NCBI GenBank assembly: GCA_043822705.1
Contig: JBDRBK010000168.1
Location: 1-16,553, forward strand
Length of the DNA stretch: 16,553 nucleotides
Source: Fidelibacterota bacterium
GTDB lineage: Bacteria; Fidelibacterota; Marinisomatia; Marinisomatales; TCS56
Reading direction: 5' to 3'
Part shown: piece by piece, positions 8,278 through 16,553 of the stretch
How the letters are laid out: each line of letters opens with the position of its first letter
Position numbering within the stretch: the first letter of the stretch is position 1
The notes under the pieces: model-generated
What the model was told of the DNA's origin: nothing
Seen by the model: the letters and a program-made list of their open reading frames with translations, nothing else
Databases searched by the model: none
Made by a program: the position numbers and the translations under genes

Positions 8278-8607
8278 ATGAAATTTCGTTTCAGTCGCTG
8301 CCTGGCGGTACAGGTGCCGGATCTGGCCGCTGCATTGGCTTATTATCATAACCAGCTTGGTCTGGAAATTATCGATCAGAATGACGATGGGGTCGAGCTG
8401 GGCCGGGGACCGGGCCGGTTGTTTTTGGAAGAAGGTGGGTTGTCCGGTCCGGTGGCCGAATTTCTTACCGACGATCTGGCCGCGGCCCGGGAATATCTAA
8501 AAAGTGCCGGCTGTGAGGAAATCGTCTGGGAAGGACCAGGCGGCCGCTGCTACCTGAAAGATCCCTTCGGGGTCATCTTCAACGTCTTCGAAGAACAGTC
8601 GTCATAG
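8278..8607 (+). CDS. VOC (glyoxalase/bleomycin-resistance) family protein
   Basis: 109 aa. VPDLAAALAYY..QLGL, TDDLAAARE.L..AG and YLKDPFG motifs. GAGGAG RBS upstream. Confidence 0.85.
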   Translation: MKFRFSRCLAVQVPDLAAALAYYHNQLGLEIIDQNDDGVELGRGPGRLFLEEGGLSGPVAEFLTDDLAAAREYLKSAGCEEIVWEGPGGRCYLKDPFGVIFNVFEEQSS

Positions 8608-8708
8608 AACGGATACGCTTATCAGTATACTATTTAGTGATTTGTAGACACCGGGAAAACCTGCCCTTTGCCGCGGAATTTCATTCACCCGGTTAAGCAG
8701 GATCAGTT

Positions 8709-9794
8709 TTACAGCGATCCGCCGGTCTCGTCGGCGAGTGCGGCGGCTAGTCCGGCTGCCTGATCCGGGGAGTGCGCGGGAAAATTGGCGATCCGAATCT
8801 GATCACCGCGATACTTGCCGTAGCCGGCGCCAACCTTGAAACCAGCTTTGGCCAGCGTTTCAATGATCCCGGCGGATGGCACGCTGGTCCTGGCAACAAT
8901 CACCGTCGGTGAACGGAAGCGCGCTTCGGCTACAAACGGCGCCATGGAACGATTCCCTGAAATCGTCCGGTAGAGCAGGTCGGCCTTGCGGTTGGTTTCC
9001 GCGCGGATCGTTGCTATTCCGGTTTTAAGCAGATCGCGGCAAACCCGGCCCAGCAGGTAGATTCCCAGCACATTCGGCGTTTCCGGGTTCTGGTAGGCGC
9101 CGGCCTTTTCGACCAGTTCTTCCAGGCAATGGTAGCTGCCGGTGGAAATTCCCTGTTCCTGTAGCCGGCGGGACTTTTCCAGGCAGCGCCCATTGATAAT
9201 CAACACCCCCAGACCGGCCGGCAGACCGAAACCTTTCTGAACCGAAAAAAAAGCTGCGTCGATCCGTGTATAATCCAACTCGACAAACGGTACCGACGAT
9301 ACGATGTCAACAGCCAGCAGCGGTTCCGGGTACTTATTCCGTACTTCGGCGATTGCCGTCTCCGGCAGGGCCACGCCGGTGCTGGTTTCATTCTGCGTGA
9401 CAGCGATTAATTCACTGTCGGCCGGCACATCGAGCCGGTCAAAATCAAAGCCGCTGCCCCAGGGAACCGTCAATGTTGTGGTGGTTTTTCCCAGTTGCCT
9501 AGCAATCGTCTGGAAACGCTGCGCGAAAGCGCCGTTCACCAGATGATGACTGCGGTCACCTACACAATTCTGGATAATCCGTTCCATCGCCTCCGTGGCC
9601 GAGGACAGAAACAGAACGTGATGGGAATCGGGGATGTTCAGTAACTGCCGCAGGTTCATTTCGGTTTCGGCATAGATGCTCTTAAACTCTTCCCCGCGGT
9701 GGGAAATCGAAAGGATGTCGCGATCCAGCGCATCTGCCAAGTGCTCTGCAACCGTTGGATACAATTGGGACGGGCCGACCGTGTAATACAGCAT
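8709..9794 (-). CDS. serC: class-V PLP-dependent aminotransferase, probable phosphoserine aminotransferase
   Basis: TVGPS, SISHRG, NETSTGV, VDIVSS, PLP-lysine motif FSVQKGFGLPAGLG, ETPNVLGIY, IRIANFPAH. Directly downstream of serA. Start is either TTG 9806 (overlapping the serA stop) or ATG 9794. Confidence 0.85.
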   Translation of the reverse strand: MLYYTVGPSQLYPTVAEHLADALDRDILSISHRGEEFKSIYAETEMNLRQLLNIPDSHHVLFLSSATEAMERIIQNCVGDRSHHLVNGAFAQRFQTIARQLGKTTTTLTVPWGSGFDFDRLDVPADSELIAVTQNETSTGVALPETAIAEVRNKYPEPLLAVDIVSSVPFVELDYTRIDAAFFSVQKGFGLPAGLGVLIINGRCLEKSRRLQEQGISTGSYHCLEELVEKAGAYQNPETPNVLGIYLLGRVCRDLLKTGIATIRAETNRKADLLYRTISGNRSMAPFVAEARFRSPTVIVARTSVPSAGIIETLAKAGFKVGAGYGKYRGDQIRIANFPAHSPDQAAGLAAALADETGGSL

Positions 9795-9802
9795 CGCCGC
9801 GT

Positions 9803-10999
9803 TCAATACAAAATTTTAAACCGGATCGTGTGGGGAATTTCCTGCAGTTCCCGGATTACCTTGGGACTATAATTCTTGCTGACATCCGTAATCATATAAC
9901 CGATCGATTCATTGGTTTTCAGATATTGGCCGACAATATTGATTTTGCGGTTAGCGAAAATCCGGTTGATGTCGGCCAGTACGCCGGGCTCATTGTGGTG
10001 CATATGGATGAAACGATGTGCGTTTTTAAAGGTTGATAGCTGGAGCTGGGGAAAATTGACGCTCATCGAGGTGTTGCCGGTTTCCAGGTAATCGATAATC
10101 TGGCGCGGCACGAAATCGGCAATCTGAATCTGGGCCTCCTCCGTGCTGCCGCCGATATGGGGCGTCAGGATCACATTCGGCAGCCCCTGAAGAATACAGG
10201 AAAACAGTTCATCGTTTGATTTCGGTTCCTCGGGAAAAACGTCGATCGCAGCCCCCTTTACCCGGCCGGATGTGAGCGCCTGAGCCAGACTTTTCAGATC
10301 AACTACCCGTCCGCGGCTGGAATTCAGAAACAGGACGCCTGGTTTCATCTGCCCGAACTCCCGGGCGGCGATCAAACTTTCATTTTCGGCCCGGTCGTCA
10401 ACATGGATGGAAACCACATCGGCGTTCTTCAGCAACTCCTTCAGGCTGCCACATTTACGGGCGTTACCCAGCGACAATTTCTCGTCGATGTCGTAGTAAC
10501 AGACATACATACCCAGGGCCTCGGCCAGCACCGACAACTGGGAGCCAATATTGCCGTAGCCGACGATCCCCAGTGTTTTGCCACGGATTTCACGGCTGCC
10601 CCGGGCCGCCTTATCCCAGATACCGGCATGTGCTTTGCTGCTTTTCACGATGACGTTGCGGCTGAGAGTCATGATCTCCGCCAGCGTCAGCTCGACCACG
10701 CTGCGGGTGTTGCTGTAGGGGGCATTGAAAACCGGTATCCCCAATCCCAGGCTGGCGGCCAGCTCGACCTGTTTGGTGCCGATACAAAAAGTACCGATCG
10801 CCTGCAGATCAGGTGAGCCCGCCAGCACGGCGGCACTGATCCGGGTCTTGGAGCGAATACCCAGAATCTGGACCCCCGGCAGTTGCTCGAGCAGTTCCTG
10901 TTCATCCAGGGCATCCGGGAAGTCGGTCACGGCATAGCCCTGGTTCCGAAAATGTTCCGCTGCGCCCGGGTTGATATTTTCGAGCAGTAAAACTTTCAC
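9803..10999 (-). CDS. serA: D-3-phosphoglycerate dehydrogenase with C-terminal ACT domain
   Basis: 398 aa, GTG start with AAGGA RBS. GIRSKT, FCIGT, VFNAPYSNTRSVVE, GIVGYGNIGSQ, DVFPEEP, LTPHIGGSTEEAQ and ACT HHNEPGVLA motifs. Confidence 0.95.
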   Translation of the reverse strand: MKVLLLENINPGAAEHFRNQGYAVTDFPDALDEQELLEQLPGVQILGIRSKTRISAAVLAGSPDLQAIGTFCIGTKQVELAASLGLGIPVFNAPYSNTRSVVELTLAEIMTLSRNVIVKSSKAHAGIWDKAARGSREIRGKTLGIVGYGNIGSQLSVLAEALGMYVCYYDIDEKLSLGNARKCGSLKELLKNADVVSIHVDDRAENESLIAAREFGQMKPGVLFLNSSRGRVVDLKSLAQALTSGRVKGAAIDVFPEEPKSNDELFSCILQGLPNVILTPHIGGSTEEAQIQIADFVPRQIIDYLETGNTSMSVNFPQLQLSTFKNAHRFIHMHHNEPGVLADINRIFANRKINIVGQYLKTNESIGYMITDVSKNYSPKVIRELQEIPHTIRFKILY

Positions 11000-11143
11000 T
11001 TCAAATCCTTGTTAATTGAAAACGGCTGAAAGAAACAGTTGGAAGAAAGGCGAAGTTAAACATTATTTGTTTGTCGATTAATCCGATAAATCGGCGGTTG
11101 GGAAAATCACAATAAAAATTTAATGCAGCCGGCAAACTTGGTT

Positions 11144-11171
11144 TTGATCTTGTTCCAGGTACTGGTAATCT
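11144..11171 (+). promoter_or_regulatory. candidate sigma70-type promoter for the pur operon (TTGATC-N16-TAATCT with TGn extension)
   Basis: -35 at 11144-11149, TGG at 11163-11165, -10 at 11166-11171, about 60 nt upstream of purA. Identified by eye only. Confidence 0.4.
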
Positions 11172-11184
11172 TGCCGGGTGATAG

Positions 11185-12543
<1,359 letters not shown>

Positions 12544-12544
12544 T

Positions 12545-14884
12545 ATGCCTTTCACGGATGAGCTGATCGACTTTTCCGTCCTCACCCCCGAAGCAATCGC
12601 GCGCACCCTGTCCGAATACAAAATCCCTCTGACAGTGGAAGAAATTCTCCGCATCCAGAATGATTTTCTCGGGCGGCCGCCATCACTGGCGGAGTGCGTG
12701 CTGTTCTCGATCGAGGGTTCGGAGCATTGTTCCTACAAGAGCAGCCGGAATTACCTGAAAAAATTCATTACCGACGGTCCCAACGTCGTTCTGGGCGCCA
12801 AGGAAGATGCGGGCATCGTGCGGGTAGCCACCGATAAGGCCGGTCACAATTATTGTATCGTCATGAGCCACGAATCCCACAACCATCCCTCCCAGGTCGT
12901 GCCCTACGAGGGAGCGGCCACGGGCGTGGGCGGTAACGTCCGCGATGTGCTGTGCATGGGGGCGGAAGTGATCGCCTGCACCGACTCCCTGCGTTTCGGT
13001 GAAATCAAGACCAGTAAGACCAAGTGGATTCACGACGGGGTGGTGGCCGGGATCGCCGGTTACGGCAATCCCCTGGGAGTGCCCAATATCGGCGGTGATC
13101 TTTATTACGACGAGGGTTACAATGACAACTGTCTGGTGACATTGGTGACGCTAGGAATTCTGCGGGAGGACGAAATCCTGCACTCCTTCGCCCCGAAAAA
13201 CGCCGCCGGACATGACATTATTTTAGTGGGCAAGCCCACCGACAACAGTGGTTTCGGCGGCGCCAGCTTCGCCTCGCTGGAACTGGAAGAAGAAAAGAAA
13301 GAACAGAACAAAGGCGCGGTGCAGGAACCCAACGCCTTTCTTGAGCGCCACCTGCTGAAAGCATCCTATGCCCTATTCAAAATTCTGAAGGAAAAAGGAC
13401 TGCTGAACAAGGTCGGCTTCAAGGACCTGGGCGCCGGCGGCGTATCCTGTGCCAGCGTAGAGATGGCCGACACGGCTGGCTACGGCGCCGACGTCTGGAT
13501 CGACCGGGTTCACATCAGCATGGAAAATCTGCACCCCTCGGTCTACCTGTGCTCCGAGACCCAGGAACGCTTCATGTGGGTGTCGCCACCGGAAATCACC
13601 GCTCTGATTATTAATCATTACAACCGCACTTTCGATCTGCCCGGTATTTCCGAAGGGGCCGAGGCGCGGGTCATTGGTAAAATCCGCGGCGACGATAATT
13701 ATGTCGTCCATGCCGCTGATAAAGAAATTGTTAACGCCCCGGCGCCTATGGTCACCAAAGGTTTTCTTTACGATCGACCGGTAAAAGCACCCCTGCGCCA
13801 TTTCACCGAACCGGACCTGCCGGAACCGCCGAACTACAACACGGTCCTGCTGGAACTGCTGGCGCACGAAAATATCGCCTCCCGGGAACCGGTGTTCGAA
13901 ACCTACGACAAGCAGGTTCAGGGCCGAACGGTGATGGAGGCCGGAGCCGGTGACGCGGGTCTGCTGCAACCATTCAACAGCGAGCGCTACCCCGAGGAGA
14001 TTCGCCGAACCGGAATCGCCCTGTCAACTGATCACAATCCCCGCTATGGCAAGATCGATCCCTACTGGTGCGCGGTGAATGCCGTCGCCGAAGCTATGCG
14101 CAATGTGGCCGCCTGCGGTGCCACGCCCCAGGCTCTCACCGACTGCCTGTGTTTCGGGAATCCCGAAAAACCGGAACAGATGTGGGAATTCGCCGAAGCC
14201 ACCCGGGGCATCATCGCTGCCTGCGATACGATTCATCTCAAGGAGTATCCCGGCGCGCCGGTACCGATCATCGCCGGGAACGTCAGCTTCTACAACGAAT
14301 CGCGCAACGGCGCCATTCCGCCCAGTCCGATCATCAGTTGCCTGGGCCGGATAGATGATGTGAACAAGGCGGTGGATCAATCTTTTAAGCAGCCTGATTC
14401 GCTGATCTACCAGGTGGGCGAGCGCCGGGATGAATGCGGCGGCAGCGCCTACTACGCCCTGTCCGGCGAGCTGGGCGCCAACTTGCCCCGGCCGGTATTG
14501 GAGGAAGTCCGGCAACAGCTTTACGCCCTGACCGACGCAATCGAACGCGAGCTGGTACTGGCCGCCCATGACATCGCCGACGGCGGCGCAGCTATTGCCC
14601 TGGCCGAGATGTGCTTCGCCAACGGGATCGGCTGCGAAGTCGAAATTCCCGGTGATCTACGGGAGGATAAAAAACTGTTTTCCGAGACCGGCGGATTTTT
14701 GCTGGAAGTGGCTGCGGAAAATGCCGCCGCTGTCGAGGCGGTGTTTCGGCGGCAGGGTCTGACCATTTCCGCAATCGGCCGGACCACCGAGCACCAGGCG
14801 CTGCTGATCGGCGAACGGATCAACATCTCAATCAGCCGGGCCCGTGACGCCTGGCAAAACGGACTACGCGAAAAACTAATTTGA
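12545..14884 (+). CDS. purL: phosphoribosylformylglycinamidine synthase subunit PurL (small form)
   Basis: 779 aa. SEHCSYKS, ESHNHPS, GAATGVGG, DLGAGG, SETQER, FGNPEKPE, GNVSFYNE, AHDIADGG. Starts 1 nt after the purA stop. Confidence 0.96.
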   Translation: MPFTDELIDFSVLTPEAIARTLSEYKIPLTVEEILRIQNDFLGRPPSLAECVLFSIEGSEHCSYKSSRNYLKKFITDGPNVVLGAKEDAGIVRVATDKAGHNYCIVMSHESHNHPSQVVPYEGAATGVGGNVRDVLCMGAEVIACTDSLRFGEIKTSKTKWIHDGVVAGIAGYGNPLGVPNIGGDLYYDEGYNDNCLVTLVTLGILREDEILHSFAPKNAAGHDIILVGKPTDNSGFGGASFASLELEEEKKEQNKGAVQEPNAFLERHLLKASYALFKILKEKGLLNKVGFKDLGAGGVSCASVEMADTAGYGADVWIDRVHISMENLHPSVYLCSETQERFMWVSPPEITALIINHYNRTFDLPGISEGAEARVIGKIRGDDNYVVHAADKEIVNAPAPMVTKGFLYDRPVKAPLRHFTEPDLPEPPNYNTVLLELLAHENIASREPVFETYDKQVQGRTVMEAGAGDAGLLQPFNSERYPEEIRRTGIALSTDHNPRYGKIDPYWCAVNAVAEAMRNVAACGATPQALTDCLCFGNPEKPEQMWEFAEATRGIIAACDTIHLKEYPGAPVPIIAGNVSFYNESRNGAIPPSPIISCLGRIDDVNKAVDQSFKQPDSLIYQVGERRDECGGSAYYALSGELGANLPRPVLEEVRQQLYALTDAIERELVLAAHDIADGGAAIALAEMCFANGIGCEVEIPGDLREDKKLFSETGGFLLEVAAENAAAVEAVFRRQGLTISAIGRTTEHQALLIGERINISISRARDAWQNGLREKLI

Positions 14885-14887
14885 GAA

Positions 14888-15940
14888 ATGGCTGACAAAC
14901 CGAAAATTGATTACAAATCCGCCGGTGTAAATATCGACGCCGGCAACGAGGCGGTGGCGCGGATCAAAACCGCCGTTCACAGCACCTACACTCCGGCGGT
15001 ATTGTCGGAACTGGGCAGCTTCGGTTCATTCTTCGATCTGACCACAATTATCCGGGATTACCGCCAGCCGGTCCTGGTGCAGAGCATCGACGGCGTCGGC
15101 ACCAAGATCATCATCGCCCGGCTGATGAACAAGTACGATACCATCGGCCGTGACCTGGTCAGCGCCTGCGCCAACGATATTCTGGTCCATGGCGCCCGTC
15201 CCCTGACTTTCCTGGATTATATCGCCAATGACCGCCTCGACCCGGCCGTGGTGGAAGCGATTGTCAGCGGCATGGCCGCCGCCTGCCGGGAAACCGGCGT
15301 TGCCCTGGTGGGTGGCGAAACGGCGGAAATGCCCGACACCTACCGCCGCGGCGAAAACGATCTGGTGGGTATCGTCACCGGAGTAGTGGAACGGGATAAA
15401 ATAATTAATGGTTCGGCAATCCGGCCCGGCGATGTTCTGATCGGCATCGAATCCAGCGGCCTGCACACAAACGGTTATTCCCTGGCGCGCAAGCTGGTTT
15501 TCGAAGTGGGTGGTTTCACAGTTGATTCCTGTCCGCCGGAACTGGACCGCAGTGTCGGCGAAACCTTGCTGGAACCGCATCTCAATTACACCGCGCTGGT
15601 CCTGGGGCTAATCGATGCGGGGATCGCCATCAACGGCATCGCCCACATCACCGGCGGCGGATTTATCGACAATTTGCCGCGTGTGCTGCCAGCAGACTGC
15701 GCCGCTGAAATCCGTCTGGGAAGCTGGCCGATGCAGCCCGTTTTTCCGTTTCTACAGGGTCTGGGAAACCTGGATGCCTACGAAATGTACCGGACTTTCA
15801 ATATGGGAATCGGGTTGATCATGGCAGTACCGCAATCAACCGCTGCCCAGGCACTGGAACAGATCAGTGCTATAACAAACTTTAACGCCGGCCTGATCGG
15901 ACGGGTAGTCGCCGGCCGGCGTGAAATCAAGCTGATTTGA
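14888..15940 (+). CDS. purM: phosphoribosylformylglycinamidine cyclo-ligase (AIR synthetase)
   Basis: 350 aa. YKSAGVNIDAGN, DGVGTK, GGETAEMP, SSGLHTNGYSLAR, AHITGGG, EMYRTFNMGIG. Confidence 0.96.
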   Translation: MADKPKIDYKSAGVNIDAGNEAVARIKTAVHSTYTPAVLSELGSFGSFFDLTTIIRDYRQPVLVQSIDGVGTKIIIARLMNKYDTIGRDLVSACANDILVHGARPLTFLDYIANDRLDPAVVEAIVSGMAAACRETGVALVGGETAEMPDTYRRGENDLVGIVTGVVERDKIINGSAIRPGDVLIGIESSGLHTNGYSLARKLVFEVGGFTVDSCPPELDRSVGETLLEPHLNYTALVLGLIDAGIAINGIAHITGGGFIDNLPRVLPADCAAEIRLGSWPMQPVFPFLQGLGNLDAYEMYRTFNMGIGLIMAVPQSTAAQALEQISAITNFNAGLIGRVVAGRREIKLI

Positions 15941-16553
15941 GACGGCTGGTGGCCAGACAACCAAAAATCGGAATAATTCAATTTCCCGGATCGAATACCG
16001 AGCGGGAAACATTCATGGCGGTTCGCCGGGCCGGGATGGAGCCGCTGGAAATTCTTTGGAACGATCCCTTAGACAAGACCCAGGCTTGCGACGGTTACAT
16101 CATCGTGGGCGGTTTCTCGTACGAGGACCGTTCCCGGGCCGGGATCATCGCCGCCCTGGAGCCGATCATGGCACCATTGCAGGCCGAGGCCGAAGCCGGT
16201 AAACCGCTGCTGGGTATCTGCAACGGCGCCCAGATTCTGGTGGAGACCGGATTGGTTCCCGGGCTGGCCGGCAATAAACTGGGTCTGGCACTGACCGACA
16301 ACCGCCGCATCCGGAACGGGCATGTTCTGGGCACCGGTTATTACAACACCTGGGTCAATCTGCAGTTGGCCGTTCCACCGGAACGGACCGCTTTCGGCCG
16401 CCACCTGAAAATCGGCGACTGGATTACCGTCCCGATCGCCCATGCCGAGGGCCGCTTTGTCACCAGCGATGAAATTCTCAGCGCGCTGGTCGACAACGAC
16501 CAGACTGCGTTCCGGTACTGTGACGAGCAGGGGAATATCATCAACGAATTTCC
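15937..16553 (+). CDS. purQ: phosphoribosylformylglycinamidine synthase glutaminase subunit PurQ (partial, runs off the right edge; absent from the ORF track)
   Basis: Manual translation: ...KIGIIQFPGSNTERET...IIVGGFSYEDRSRAG...KPLLGICNGAQILVETGLVPG...VPIAHAEGRF...AFRYCD. Catalytic Cys codon at 16219-16221. Start is TTG 15937 (overlapping the purM TGA) or GTG 15949. Confidence 0.93.
   Translation, partial: MRRLVARQPKIGIIQFPGSNTERETFMAVRRAGMEPLEILWNDPLDKTQACDGYIIVGGFSYEDRSRAGIIAALEPIMAPLQAEAEAGKPLLGICNGAQILVETGLVPGLAGNKLGLALTDNRRIRNGHVLGTGYYNTWVNLQLAVPPERTAFGRHLKIGDWITVPIAHAEGRFVTSDEILSALVDNDQTAFRYCDEQGNIINEF

Noticed and set aside
8262..8300. UGA readthrough or selenocysteine after the SDR C-terminal Cys-Gly
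   Set aside because: The SDR fold is complete at the stop, the downstream in-frame sequence is not protein-like, and the next gene has its own RBS in another frame.
8608..8708. Bidirectional terminator or small RNA between the convergent VOC and serC genes
   Set aside because: Only a 6-bp ACCGGG/CCCGGT pair with a long spacer and no U-tract, so no convincing structure.
12683..15580. Several 100-200 aa minus-strand ORFs inside purL and purM
   Set aside because: Typical antisense shadows of GC-rich coding sequence with no motifs.

Overview
Gene-dense bacterial chromosomal segment with about 17 CDS. I found no rRNA, tRNA, CRISPR array, integrase or transposase. From left to right: (1) A minus-strand run of GNAT acetyltransferase, ZIP metal transporter and two-domain nitroreductase. 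It continues into a translationally coupled TetR regulator / ABC exporter operon (ATPase plus two permeases, resembling the Rv2686c-2688c fluoroquinolone-export type) and an atypical NAD(P)-binding oxidoreductase. A strong palindromic operator candidate lies in front of the TetR gene. (2) A plus-strand MFS / SDR / VOC cluster. (3) A minus-strand serA-serC operon, divergent from (4) a purine operon with the non-canonical order purA-purL-purM-purQ. purQ is truncated by the window edge and missing from the supplied ORF track, and no purS is visible. The window looks mostly like housekeeping plus detoxification/efflux genes. The most notable points are the architecture and divergent motifs of the pur operon, the serine/purine divergent arrangement and the TetR operator. 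I see no clear evidence of a wholly new biological system.
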